A stretch of 63,957 nt of DNA, counting the filler. It is 5 parts of 5 records of this genome, joined end to end, with 100 filler letters (N's around TTAATTAATTAA, not from the genome) between each part and the next. Parts side by side here need not be neighbours in the genome. Positions count along the whole stretch, not along the records: positions 1 to 9,686 come from SRR31156797_5321; positions 9,787 to 18,134 come from SRR31156797_5323; 3 more parts are not named here. One strand, given 5' to 3'. The position numbers were made by a program, and so were the translations under genes. How positions within the stretch are numbered: position 1 is the first letter of the stretch; every line of letters begins with the position of its first letter. This document shows positions 1 through 9,922 of this stretch, in pieces. The notes beneath the pieces are model-generated. The model saw only the letters and a list, made by a program, of their open reading frames with translations, was not told the DNA's origin and made no database searches.

Positions 1-90
1 ATTCAAGAGGTGTTGTTAAGGGGCGACTAAATAATTTCGGGAGATTTAATTATTTTATCTTTGAAAACATCTTTAACTAAATTAAATGCA

Positions 91-3027
91 ATGAAAAACT
101 TTAATCTACTCATTTTACTGGCAGCCACGGGGTTGCTTTTTTCATGTTCAGGTCAAAAGTACAAGACCGTTACCAAAACCGATGCAAACGGGTACACCTA
201 CCAGGAGGTAACCAACGATCCTATGAATACCAGGGTTTACACCCTCGAAAACGGGCTCAAAGTTTATCTATCGGTAAACAAGGATGAACCACGAATCTCA
301 ACCCTTATTGGTGTCAATGCTGGTGCAGCTTCTGATCCCATCGAAACAACCGGACTTGCTCACTACTTTGAGCATATGATGTTTAAAGGAACAGATGAAA
401 TCGGGACCATCAACTGGGAGGCGGAAAAGCCTTTGCTTGATGAGATCGAAAACCTGTTTGAACAACATCGTGACGCCATAGATCCTGCCGTTAAAAAGCG
501 CATTTATCAAAAAATTGATAGCCTATCTGCCATAGCAGCCACTTATGTAGCAACAAATGAATACGATAAGATGGTTTCCGGGATTGGGGCAAAACGTACC
601 AACGCAGGTACAAGTTACGATTATACCGTTTACATTAACGATATTCCAAAAAACGAATTTCAAAAATGGCTGAAGCTGGAAAGCGAACGCTTTAACGATA
701 TTGTGTTGCGCTTATTCCACACTGAGCTGGAGACTGTTTATGAAGAATACAACATGTATCAGGACATGGATAGAAGCCGCGCCAATTCGGCGATGATGGC
801 TGCACTTTTTCCAAACCATCCATACGGCCGTCAGGTTATCGGACTGGCCGAACACATCAAAAATCCTTCGATGACCAATATCTACGAATTTGCTGAAACT
901 TTTTATGTGCCCAATAATATGGCCATAGCACTCGCCGGTGATCTGGACTTCGAGGAAACCATCAGCCAGGTTGATAAATACTTTGGCCCACTTCAACCCA
1001 ATGATATTCCGGAAATTATTCAACCGGAAGAAAAACCGTTGGAAGGTCCGATTGTAAAAGAGGTTTTTGGTCCTGATGCTGAAAACATGATGCTGGCCTT
1101 CAGGTTTGCAGGTGATTACAGTTATGATGATAAAATGGTTACCATGATCGACAGGATTTTGAGTAACAGCCAGGCAGGCCTCATCGATCTGAACCTGAAT
1201 CAACAACAAAAAGTGCTTAGGGCAGGAAGCTATGCCAACTTTATGAAGGACTACGGTATGCATGTATTTTATGGCTCGCCCCGTGAAGGCCAATCACTTG
1301 AGGAGATAAAAGATCTTTTACTGGCTGAACTTGAAAAAGTAAAAAACGGTGAGTTTGACGAGTGGATGCTCGAAGCTATCGTAAATGATATGCGGCTCTC
1401 AGAAATTTATCGCAATGAAAACAACTTTTCCAGGGCCTTCACCTATATTGATGCATTTATTAAGGATGTTTCGATGGAGCAAAGGCTACGGTATATTGAT
1501 GAACTGGAATTGATCGCCAAAGAAGAACTTGTTGATTTTGCCAACAAGCGCTATGCTGATAACTATGTGGTGGTTTACAAGCGTTTTGGCGAAAGCACCA
1601 ACATTGCCAAAGTCGAGAAACCTAAACTCACGGCTGTGCCGATCAACAGGGAATACCAGTCAGAATTTTATAAAGAACTGACTTCCATGAAACCAACAGA
1701 AATAAACCCTGTCTTTGTAGACTACGAAAAGCAAATCGATCAAAAAGAGCTGAAGCCTGGTGTAGACATGTTTTATATCCAGAACAAAAACAATGAAATC
1801 TTCAACCTGAACTACATCATCGACATCGGTAAAAATCACAACATCAAATTCCCGCTGGCTGTGAATTTCCTGCCCTATTTAGGAACGGATAAATATACAC
1901 CTGCAGAATTGCAACAGGAATTTTTTAAACTCGGCCTTTCATTCGGTGTAAATACGGGAGGAGATCGCTCATATGTTACAATTTCAGGATTAAGCAAATC
2001 GTACAACCAGGCCATCGAACTTCTTGAACATGTAATTGCCAATGCCAAACCAGACGAACAAGCCTACGCGGATTATATTGATGGTATTTTGAAAGAGCGC
2101 GAAGACGCTAAGAAAAACAAAAACAGAATTTTGTATGGCGGATTGCTAAACTATGGCATTTATGGTAAAAATTCCTCCTTTAGAAACATCCTCACAGCAG
2201 ATGAATTGCGCAGTATTGATCCTGCATTTCTTACTGACATGGTGGCTAAAATGACTTCGTACAAACACAAAATTTTCTATTATGGCCCATCGGATTTCGA
2301 AACAGCATCAAATGTTGTAAAAGAAAAACACGTAACTCCTGAAACATTATCTGATCTGCCACCAGAAAAGGATTACAAGCAGGTTGACAACCTTAAAAAC
2401 GAAGTATACATCGTTGATTACGACATGGTTCAGGCCAACATTTTGATGGTTTCGAAGAGTGTACCTTTTAATAAGGAGCTAATTCCACCATCACGTATTT
2501 TTGGTGAGTATTTTGGGGGAGGGTTATCATCTATCATTTTCCAGGAAATCAGGGAATCGCGGGCTCTGGCTTACAGCGCGTTTTCATCGTTTTCTGTTCC
2601 GGGAGAGCCCGATAAAAACAATGTTGTTTATGGTTTTGTTGGAACACAGGCGGATAAACTGGAGACAGCCACATCAGCCATGCTTGAGCTAATGAACAAC
2701 ATGCCTGAAGCCGAAAAACAGTTCGACCTGGCCAGGGAATCTATCATTAAAAAGATCAACACTGAACGTATTACTAAAAGCAGTATTTTCTGGAACTACC
2801 TGAACAACAAAAAACGTGGCATTGATTACGACATCAGGAAAGATGTTTATGATTATGCGCAAAATGTTTCTATGGATCAGTTCAGGGATGATTTCTTCAA
2901 CAATTACATCCGCGGATTGAATTACAACTTTTTGATCCTGGGTAAGAAGAATGCTTTGGATATGAAATCACTCTCAAAAATTGGCGAAGTTCATGAACTC
3001 TCCCTGGAAGAAGTATTTAACTACTAA
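91..3027 (+). CDS. M16 (insulinase/pitrilysin) family zinc peptidase, lipoprotein
   Basis: Inverted zinc-binding motif HxxEH (HYFEH) in TTGLAHYFEHMMFKGT. About 980 aa, two-lobed M16 size. ATG at 91 gives signal MKNFNLLILLAATGLLFSC with lipobox LFSC (ORF track starts at TTG 61). Confidence 0.92.
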   Translation: MKNFNLLILLAATGLLFSCSGQKYKTVTKTDANGYTYQEVTNDPMNTRVYTLENGLKVYLSVNKDEPRISTLIGVNAGAASDPIETTGLAHYFEHMMFKGTDEIGTINWEAEKPLLDEIENLFEQHRDAIDPAVKKRIYQKIDSLSAIAATYVATNEYDKMVSGIGAKRTNAGTSYDYTVYINDIPKNEFQKWLKLESERFNDIVLRLFHTELETVYEEYNMYQDMDRSRANSAMMAALFPNHPYGRQVIGLAEHIKNPSMTNIYEFAETFYVPNNMAIALAGDLDFEETISQVDKYFGPLQPNDIPEIIQPEEKPLEGPIVKEVFGPDAENMMLAFRFAGDYSYDDKMVTMIDRILSNSQAGLIDLNLNQQQKVLRAGSYANFMKDYGMHVFYGSPREGQSLEEIKDLLLAELEKVKNGEFDEWMLEAIVNDMRLSEIYRNENNFSRAFTYIDAFIKDVSMEQRLRYIDELELIAKEELVDFANKRYADNYVVVYKRFGESTNIAKVEKPKLTAVPINREYQSEFYKELTSMKPTEINPVFVDYEKQIDQKELKPGVDMFYIQNKNNEIFNLNYIIDIGKNHNIKFPLAVNFLPYLGTDKYTPAELQQEFFKLGLSFGVNTGGDRSYVTISGLSKSYNQAIELLEHVIANAKPDEQAYADYIDGILKEREDAKKNKNRILYGGLLNYGIYGKNSSFRNILTADELRSIDPAFLTDMVAKMTSYKHKIFYYGPSDFETASNVVKEKHVTPETLSDLPPEKDYKQVDNLKNEVYIVDYDMVQANILMVSKSVPFNKELIPPSRIFGEYFGGGLSSIIFQEIRESRALAYSAFSSFSVPGEPDKNNVVYGFVGTQADKLETATSAMLELMNNMPEAEKQFDLARESIIKKINTERITKSSIFWNYLNNKKRGIDYDIRKDVYDYAQNVSMDQFRDDFFNNYIRGLNYNFLILGKKNALDMKSLSKIGEVHELSLEEVFNY

Positions 3028-3039
3028 AAACACATCATT

Positions 3040-3077
3040 AAAAATCCCCGGCCAACTTAATGACCGGGGATTTTTTT
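3040..3077. terminator. Bidirectional intrinsic terminator
   Basis: AAAAATCCCCGG (3040-3051) pairs with CCGGGGATTTTT (3064-3075). A/T tails on both sides, between two convergent genes. Confidence 0.85.
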
Positions 3078-3915
3078 ATTCCATTGCGTAAAGCATTTTT
3101 ATCTCTTTGTCCCAGATGTCCTCGTTTGGCGTTTCGAGGATCAGTGGAAATTCATCAAACCTGGAATCCTGCATGATAAAATTAAAACCTTCCTTACCTA
3201 TTTCTCCCTTACCTATGCTTTCGTGACGGTCAACTTTTGAACCCAAAGGTTTTTTAGCATCGTTTAAATGCAGCCCCTTAAGATAGCTGAAACCAATAGT
3301 TTCATCGAACTGCCTGAAAGTTTCGGCAAAAGACTCCTCTGTACGGATATCATACCCTGCCACAAAGCCATGGCAGGTATCGTAACAAACCCCTACCCTG
3401 CTTTTATCTTCCACCCTATCAATGATATGTGCCAATTGACTGAACTCAAAACCCATGTTTGTTCCCTGTCCAGCTGTATTCTCGATCACAGCCACAACCT
3501 GTTTCGTCTTATCCAGGGTTATGTTAATGGATTCTGCAATTCTATCCAGACACTTATCAGGTGAGATTTTATTGAGGTGACTGCCCGGGTGAAAGTTCAG
3601 CAGTTTTATACCAAGCTGTTCACAACGCTGCATTTCATCAAGGAATGCATCGCGGGATTTTTGTAAGGCTTCTTTTTCAGGATGCCCAAGGTTGATGAGG
3701 TAGCTGTCGTGCGGCATAACATGATCCAGAGAAAAACCAAATTTCTCCATATTCTCCCTGAAACCGTCAATGTTCTCAGTTGTAAGCGGTTTTGCCGTCC
3801 AACGCCTTTGATTTTTGGTAAACAAAGCAAATGCTTTAGCTCCGATTTTTTGGGCATTTCCAGGAGCATTTTGCACACCTCCCGAGGTACTTACATGGGC
3901 TCCGATTCTTTTCAT
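3076..3915 (-). CDS. nfo: Endonuclease IV (AP endonuclease family 2)
   Basis: MKRIGAHVS start, [44 protein letters not shown] and ILETP metal-binding motifs. Confidence 0.96.
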   Translation of the reverse strand: MKRIGAHVSTSGGVQNAPGNAQKIGAKAFALFTKNQRRWTAKPLTTENIDGFRENMEKFGFSLDHVMPHDSYLINLGHPEKEALQKSRDAFLDEMQRCEQLGIKLLNFHPGSHLNKISPDKCLDRIAESINITLDKTKQVVAVIENTAGQGTNMGFEFSQLAHIIDRVEDKSRVGVCYDTCHGFVAGYDIRTEESFAETFRQFDETIGFSYLKGLHLNDAKKPLGSKVDRHESIGKGEIGKEGFNFIMQDSRFDEFPLILETPNEDIWDKEIKMLYAME

Positions 3916-3936
3916 ATCAACTTCAGATTTTGCAAA

Positions 3937-4482
3937 TTAGGCCCCGGTGATCCACTTCACAATTTCCTCATCATCAGGTTTTGTGCGGGGCGAAAACATC
4001 TTCACGAGGTTCCCTTCTTCATCAATAAGATATTTCTGAAAATTCCATGAAACATCAGAATCCATCAAACCATTTTCTGACTCCTGAGTTAACCACTGAT
4101 AAACCGGATGCATGTCATCTCCTTTCACCGAAATTTTCTGCATCATTGGAAAGGTCACTCCATAATTTTCCTCACAAAATTCCCGTATTTCGTCGGGTGT
4201 TCCCGGTTCCTGATTCATGAAATTATTGGCCGGAAACCCGACAATCACGAAATCATCGCCGCTGTACTTTTCGTAAAGACTTTGCAAAGCCTCATACTGT
4301 GGCGTGAGCCCACACTTTGAAGCCGTATTCACAACCAAAACTTTTTTCCCTTTTAATGAGGACATATCAAAAGATTCACCTTCGAGGGTTTCTACCTTGA
4401 AACTGTGAAAGTTTTTTTGTGCAGAAGCTGTCACGAATAAACCGATAAAAACAACAGAGAGCCAGATTGAAATTTTATGCAT
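3937..4482 (-). CDS. Glutathione peroxidase family protein (Cys type) with signal peptide
   Basis: VNTASKCGLTPQY, GFPANNF..QEPG and WNFQKYLID motifs. Hydrophobic N-terminus ending ASA-Q. Confidence 0.93.
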   Translation of the reverse strand: MHKISIWLSVVFIGLFVTASAQKNFHSFKVETLEGESFDMSSLKGKKVLVVNTASKCGLTPQYEALQSLYEKYSGDDFVIVGFPANNFMNQEPGTPDEIREFCEENYGVTFPMMQKISVKGDDMHPVYQWLTQESENGLMDSDVSWNFQKYLIDEEGNLVKMFSPRTKPDDEEIVKWITGA

Positions 4483-4629
4483 AATTTTCGTATTTTAGTT
4501 CTAGCTTTCAAACAAAGGCATCTTGCCATTGTTCAAAAAAAACATTCCCTGAAACGCTGTTGATTATCAGTACTGGCCTCGCTCCGCCGGGGTTAAATGT
4601 TGTAAGAAATAGCGCCCCTGGTTTTCGGC

Positions 4630-4637
4630 TATCTTTG
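4630..4637 (+). promoter_or_regulatory. Possible Bacteroidota housekeeping promoter -7 element
   Basis: TATCTTTG matches the TAnnTTTG consensus, 22 nt upstream of the MFS start. No well-spaced -33 TTTG seen. Confidence 0.4.
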
Positions 4638-4659
4638 CGCCTCATAAAAAATCAGATGT

Positions 4660-5958
4660 GTGGCTAATCTGCTCAACCTAAATATATGTTGTGAAGAACG
4701 AAGAACCTTCAGGCTTCATATGGCCTATTCAATCATCGAAGGGTTTATTTTGGGCATCCTGGCACTCAACGAGTTTGTATTTATTAAGAGCCTGTTGGGC
4801 AGCAACTACCAACTCAGTGTACTATTCCAGTTTAGTATGCTGGTTTTTGTATTGCTGATATTTGTGAATGAGTTTCTGAAGAGAATCAGGAAACGAAGGA
4901 TTTTCCTGAGAAAAGTGGGCATCCTGACTAGGTTACCGCTGTTGTTGTTGTTTTTCTTTCCCAGAACCCCTGATGTTTACCAGGGCGATTCGGTTTATCA
5001 CCTGATTTTCCTGGGCATTTTTCTCATTTATTACCTGGCAGCTCTGGTGATCAATCCAACCATCAACCTTCTGTTAAAAACAAATTATAGTCATCAAAAT
5101 TTTGGCACCCTCTACAGTTATTCCCAGTCAGCAAACAAAATTGTGCTGTTGGTAGTAACTTTCCTTTACGGCCTCCAACTCGACTTTGATAATTATGCCT
5201 TCACCTACATTTTCCCGATTGTTTCTGTGTTGGGCATGACTTCCATTTATTTGCTTTCTAAAATAAACTATACGCCACCTGAGAAGATACCATCCCAAAA
5301 CAGCATGGGGCAATCGGTTGTGAACTCGGTAAAAAATATGTTTCACATCCTGAAAAACAACAAACCCTATCTCCATTTCGAAATGGGTTTTATGTTGTAT
5401 GGATTTGCATTTATGACGACTTATGCGGTTGTCACAATTTTCTTTTATGAAGAATTGAAGCTTAACTATTCCAGTGTGGCTTTTTATAAGAATTCATACA
5501 ATATCCTGGCAATTTTACTTTTACCGGTTTTCGGGAAAATTCTGGGCAAACTCGATCCTCGAAAATTTGCCGTCATTACTTATTCATCGCTGGCCATTTA
5601 TCTTTTTTTCCTGATGATCACGGAGTACATACCTTATTATATCGATTTCTTCAACATCAAGCTTTATTATACCCTGATTCTGTACATCATTTTTCATGGC
5701 TTTTTTGCTGCCACCATGGTTTTGCTCTGGAACATCGGATCGGCGTATTTTGGCAAGGATGAGGAAGCAGATATTTATCAATCCATTCACTTATTTCTTA
5801 CGGGTGTCCGGGCCATCATCGCACCCCTGTTTGGCATTTTTATTTATGAATATTTTGGATTTTCCATCACGTTCAGCCTGGGTATCCTCTCGCTTATTGC
5901 AGCCATTATTCTCATGTACTGGTCACATAATAAAGACCGTAAAAAAACAGTAGATTAA
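4660..5958 (+). CDS. MFS transporter
   Basis: 432 aa with about 12 hydrophobic segments in two halves. GKILGKLDPRK loop resembles MFS motif A. GTG start. Confidence 0.75.
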   Translation: MANLLNLNICCEERRTFRLHMAYSIIEGFILGILALNEFVFIKSLLGSNYQLSVLFQFSMLVFVLLIFVNEFLKRIRKRRIFLRKVGILTRLPLLLLFFFPRTPDVYQGDSVYHLIFLGIFLIYYLAALVINPTINLLLKTNYSHQNFGTLYSYSQSANKIVLLVVTFLYGLQLDFDNYAFTYIFPIVSVLGMTSIYLLSKINYTPPEKIPSQNSMGQSVVNSVKNMFHILKNNKPYLHFEMGFMLYGFAFMTTYAVVTIFFYEELKLNYSSVAFYKNSYNILAILLLPVFGKILGKLDPRKFAVITYSSLAIYLFFLMITEYIPYYIDFFNIKLYYTLILYIIFHGFFAATMVLLWNIGSAYFGKDEEADIYQSIHLFLTGVRAIIAPLFGIFIYEYFGFSITFSLGILSLIAAIILMYWSHNKDRKKTVD

Positions 5959-6024
5959 GAATTTACCTGTTCCTGAAGATGGGATATTTTTTCTAATTTT
6001 ACTGCCTCATATACCTGAATCATT

Positions 6025-7368
6025 ATGATGAATAAATGTAAGCAGAAAGCGCAGATGAAGGAAATAAAATTAGACGTCCAATTTTTACTCCCCATACTTT
6101 TTATCACCTTTTTCATTAATGTGTTTGCCTTTCCACAGAGTCCGGAATCAAACCTGCCTGTTAATCTGGAGTTTGAATACCCTGACCGGATCATGGCCGG
6201 AGAATCTTTTGATCTTGGGATATCGCTAAAAAAAGTAAACAATTATAATTACCCCGGGAATATTAGTCTGGAGTTTACCGGAGGTATGTCACCCGGAGTT
6301 AACAGCATCAGCGTCGTTGATTTGATGGTCCAAAACAATACCATGAATTTATCCTGGGAAGAGCTTTCAGCCAGTAACATAATTCAGTTACCGGTTTCGG
6401 TTAAAACAGAAGGCCACATGGGGGGTGTATACCCTGTGAGGGTAAAATATACAGATTTAAGCGGGCTGAGCTTCAACAAAAACATCGGTATTTATATTCA
6501 GGGAACGAAAAAACCGGAGCCTTACGAACCACCCCTTAATGAAAACCCCTTTACGATAAGCCTGGTTTACCCGGCTGAAGTGTATTACGATGAAACCTAT
6601 GACCTTGACATCGTAATTGCCAAAGGAAAAAATACCGGCGGAGCAAAAGTTTTCGTGCAGGTTCCTCCGGGAAGTGATCTTTTCGTGGATGATTACCCAG
6701 ATTTCCATTACAGGAAAGAGCCAGGTGACCTGAGTATCCTGCTAAATCATATGCCGGCAAGCCCTGAATTTAAAATTCATTGTCAGGTAACAAATTCAAG
6801 TAAGGTAACATCGGTTTATCCTATCAGGGCTTCGGTTGAATTTTTGAACGGCAATACTATTTCCTTTGATGACTTCATACTGGTTACAAACAAAAAATCC
6901 AATCCGGGATCTTACAATAGTCAGAGCACATTGCGATCGGTAAATGCGGTTGTGAATGCAGACACTGCGTCCTTATTCGAAGAACTGGACAGATTGCTAA
7001 CCAAATGGAGAGAATCGACAGGGAACTATCAGAGAGTTCCCCTAAAATCACGATCCGAAACACGGACTGAAAATCCAGCAACTGAATCTGATTTTGACTC
7101 CATCTTTACAGAAGACGTTATATTTTATTCTATTCAGATTGCCGCATCAGGAGTTACCCTGAATTCCATTGAACAAAGGCTTAAGGATAAAGGGTTTAAC
7201 CAAAAAATACTCGAAGATTACGATGGTACTATTTACAGGTATTCGGTTGGAGATTTTGAGGATATAGACGAAGCAGAAGCGTTGAAAAGAAAACTGATGG
7301 AACAGGGTTACCCGGATGCATTTATTGTTGAATACATAAATGGTGTGCGTAGTCGCTCTTTCTACTAA
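6025..7368 (+). CDS. Secreted SPOR-domain protein with duplicated N-terminal beta-rich domains
   Basis: Signal-like segment FLLPILFITFFINVFA. C-terminal FYSIQIAAS...YRYSVGDF...AEALKRKLMEQGYPDAFIV is typical of Bacteroidota SPOR domains. Two repeats of the form LxYP....YP(I/V)R. Start uncertain. Confidence 0.7.
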   Translation: MMNKCKQKAQMKEIKLDVQFLLPILFITFFINVFAFPQSPESNLPVNLEFEYPDRIMAGESFDLGISLKKVNNYNYPGNISLEFTGGMSPGVNSISVVDLMVQNNTMNLSWEELSASNIIQLPVSVKTEGHMGGVYPVRVKYTDLSGLSFNKNIGIYIQGTKKPEPYEPPLNENPFTISLVYPAEVYYDETYDLDIVIAKGKNTGGAKVFVQVPPGSDLFVDDYPDFHYRKEPGDLSILLNHMPASPEFKIHCQVTNSSKVTSVYPIRASVEFLNGNTISFDDFILVTNKKSNPGSYNSQSTLRSVNAVVNADTASLFEELDRLLTKWRESTGNYQRVPLKSRSETRTENPATESDFDSIFTEDVIFYSIQIAASGVTLNSIEQRLKDKGFNQKILEDYDGTIYRYSVGDFEDIDEAEALKRKLMEQGYPDAFIVEYINGVRSRSFY

Positions 7369-7373
7369 ATCCC

Positions 7374-8198
7374 TCAATCCAGTTCAGCACCACAATACTT
7401 ACAATAAACGGCATCTTTATCATGATGTGCGTGATCACATGACTGGCATCTGTAACCAGGACCTTTTGATGGACGTTCAGCTCGCATTAATTCGGCGGAG
7501 ATAATTCCCGTTGGGACAGCAATGATTGAATAACCCAGGATCATAATGATAGAAGCAAAAAACTGCCCCAGGATTGTTTGCGGCGTGATATCCCCAAAAC
7601 CAACAGTTGTGAGGGTAACTATTGCCCAGTAAATACTTCTGGGAATACTATTGAAACCATACTCAGGGCCTTCGATCAAATACATAAATGAACCCATAAT
7701 CACAACTGTAGCAATGACTACCTCAAGAAAAACTATAATTTTATACTTGCTTTGCCTGAGTGAAATTTGCAAAACCTGCGATGCCCGTAGGTACCTGCTG
7801 AGTTTTAAAATCCTGAAAATTCGCAGCATCCTCAATATCCTGATCACCAGCAGATAATGACTGCCGGTAATAACAAGACTTAGATATGTAGGTAGTATGG
7901 ACAACAAATCGATGATACCGTAAAAACTCCGGATATAATCGAGTGGTTTGCGGGATATGATGATACGGGTGAAATACTCCAGTGTAAACAGGATGGTAAA
8001 AATCCATTCGGCATAGATAAAAATACGGGTATATTTTTCATGCAACTCACTAACACTGTCGAGCATCACAATAAATACGCTCAAAATAATAGTGACCAGC
8101 AGGATGACGTCAAAGTTCTTTCCTGCCTGTGTATCGGAGTGAAATATTATTTCGTAAAGTTTATCTCTTCCTGATCTGTGATTATTGTTAATTTCCAT
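7374..8198 (-). CDS. Voltage-gated-type potassium channel (ion transporter)
   Basis: S4-like IRILRMLRIFRILKLSR, pore motif YWAIVTLTTVGFGD, C-terminal CQSC...CKYC zinc ribbon. Confidence 0.93.
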   Translation of the reverse strand: MEINNNHRSGRDKLYEIIFHSDTQAGKNFDVILLVTIILSVFIVMLDSVSELHEKYTRIFIYAEWIFTILFTLEYFTRIIISRKPLDYIRSFYGIIDLLSILPTYLSLVITGSHYLLVIRILRMLRIFRILKLSRYLRASQVLQISLRQSKYKIIVFLEVVIATVVIMGSFMYLIEGPEYGFNSIPRSIYWAIVTLTTVGFGDITPQTILGQFFASIIMILGYSIIAVPTGIISAELMRAERPSKGPGYRCQSCDHAHHDKDAVYCKYCGAELD

Positions 8199-8215
8199 GG
8201 TTTCGAGTCAGTTTT

Positions 8216-8223
8216 CAAAAATA
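8216..8223 (-). promoter_or_regulatory. Possible Bacteroidota -7 promoter element for the K+ channel gene
   Basis: Minus-strand TATTTTTG matches TAnnTTTG, 17 nt upstream of the ATG at 8198. Confidence 0.35.
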
Positions 8224-8229
8224 AACAAT

Positions 8230-9006
8230 TTAGAATTTTTCGAAGACTCCCAACCCAAAGAGTGCAAAATCATATTTCACCGGATCGTTTGGATTAAGCC
8301 TCCGCAGGTTTTGGGTAAGTTCTATTGCAGCTTTCCAGTCGTTTTGTTTTCTTTCCAAAAGCCCCAGCTTTCGCGCTGCGTTTGCTGAATGTACATCCAA
8401 AGGACAAACGAGTTGAGCCGGACTTATGGCGCTCCACATTCCGAAATCCACGCCTTTATTGTCATTTCTCACCATCCACCTTAAAAACATATTTATGCGT
8501 TTGGCTGAAGCATTTTTCGATGGGTTGGCAACATGTTTTTGAGTTCTGCCGGGGTGTTCCAGCTCGAAAAACATTTCACGGAATTGAATGATCGATCTGA
8601 AAACATCCGGATCCTCTTTTGAAAAATTACCTGAAAATGCACTTTCCAATCCACCATGTTGTTGATAAATATTTTTTAACGCCCACAGAAAATATTCACA
8701 GTCTACCCCATTAAAAGTGCGATGCACAAACTTGCGGAATGGTGCAAGGTCGGAATCCGTAAAATTCATAATAAATTCAAAAGGTTCACCAGCCATCCAT
8801 TTCATGAGCTTGTTGGCATTCTTAATAATGGTAACGCGCTGACCCCATGCAATTGTGGCTGATAGGAATCCCGAGATCTCAATATCCTCCTTTTTTACAA
8901 ACTGATGAGGTACAGATATGGGATCGGAAGAAATAAACTCCACCGCATTATAGCGGGCAGCTTTTTCGTCGAGAAATGCTTTTAAAGATTCTTCGGGCAA
9001 TTTCAT
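8230..9006 (-). CDS. TIGR02757/DUF2400 family protein
   Basis: DPISVPH, EISGFLSATIAWG, SAKRINMFLRWMVR, PLDVH and DPVKYDFALFGLG motifs. Confidence 0.9.
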   Translation of the reverse strand: MKLPEESLKAFLDEKAARYNAVEFISSDPISVPHQFVKKEDIEISGFLSATIAWGQRVTIIKNANKLMKWMAGEPFEFIMNFTDSDLAPFRKFVHRTFNGVDCEYFLWALKNIYQQHGGLESAFSGNFSKEDPDVFRSIIQFREMFFELEHPGRTQKHVANPSKNASAKRINMFLRWMVRNDNKGVDFGMWSAISPAQLVCPLDVHSANAARKLGLLERKQNDWKAAIELTQNLRRLNPNDPVKYDFALFGLGVFEKF

Positions 9007-9071
9007 TTATACCAAACACTGCAAATGGGAAGAAAGTTTTACAATTAAAACACAAATGAATCCTGACATAC

Positions 9072-9104
9072 AAAAACCCCGGTGAAATTAATTTTCCCGG
9101 GGTT
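9072..9104 (-). terminator. Intrinsic terminator after the oxidoreductase gamma gene
   Basis: AACCCCGG (9075-9082) pairs with CCGGGGTT (9097-9104), followed by a T run on the minus strand. Confidence 0.7.
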
Positions 9105-9136
9105 CATTATGTTGATTTTGGTTAATGCGTGATCAG

Positions 9137-9686
9137 CTATACGGCATGTACTTTTTGTGGACTTTCCATACCTTTTTTTACGGCAGATTCATTCATGGGT
9201 ATGAGTTTATGATAACGCTCCGGAAGCGATTTCTTTAATCCAAGTATTACGTTCTCAAGCTTAACAATTGGTTTAACTTTCAGGTAGGCACCAAGCACGA
9301 TCATATTAAAAATCTTGGTGTTTCCCATTTCTGCAGCCAGCCGCGCACCCTCAATGGTGTAGATGTTGATGTCTTTCCTTTCAGGGTGGTTGATAATTCC
9401 ATTGGGATCATAGAGCAACAAGCCGCCGGGCTTTACTGTAGATTCAAATTTATCCATCGACTGCTGGTTCAGGATAATGGCCGTATCAAAAAAATTAAGG
9501 ATGGGGGAACTGATCCGCTCATCACTAACGATAACGGTAACATTGGCTGTCCCTCCGCGCATTTCAGGCCCGTAGGAAGGCATCCAACTTACCTCCTGAT
9601 CCTGCATAATGCCAGAGTAAGCTAAAATTTTACCCATCGAGAGAACACCCTGTCCTCCAAATCCTGCAATGATAATTTCTTCTGTC
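9137..9686 (-). CDS. 2-oxoacid:acceptor (ferredoxin) oxidoreductase gamma subunit; start codon clipped by contig end
   Basis: Frame continues upstream of the ORF-track start as (M)TEEIIIAGFGGQGVLSMGKILA. Contains WMPSYGPEMRGGTAN and NMIVLGA. Confidence 0.92.
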
Positions 9687-9786
9687 NNNNNNNNNNNNNN
9701 NNNNNNNNNNNNNNNNNNNNNNNNNNNNNNTTAATTAATTAANNNNNNNNNNNNNNNNNNNNNNNNNNNNNNNNNNNNNNNNNNNN
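9687..9786. other. Artificial contig spacer
   Basis: 44 N + TTAATTAATTAA + 44 N. Confidence 0.98.
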
Positions 9787-9787
9787 C

Positions 9788-9853
9788 GCTGCATTTGTCT
9801 ATGAAAAATTAAAAAACGACCCATCAATCCGGGGAATTAACCTTTTTGACTGA
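9788..9853 (+). CDS. 3' end of an unidentified CDS (partial)
   Basis: Open frame from the contig edge reads AAFVYEKLKNDPSIRGINLFD*, convergent with acrB. Too short to identify. Confidence 0.3.
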   Translation, partial: AAFVYEKLKNDPSIRGINLFD

Positions 9854-9922
9854 TGTGGGGATTTTCGGCTTTTTTTTGATTGGCCGTAAACGCTGGTGAA
9901 CCAATGATTCAGCAATATTGTT

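Noticed and set aside
3937-4482. Possible selenoprotein (glutathione peroxidase)
   Set aside because: The active-site codon is Cys (TGT) in an uninterrupted ORF. I also saw no in-frame TGA splitting a recognisable gene in the Desulfobacterota-like contigs.
7374-8198. GFG instead of GYG in the K+ selectivity filter
   Set aside because: TVGFG is a common natural variant.
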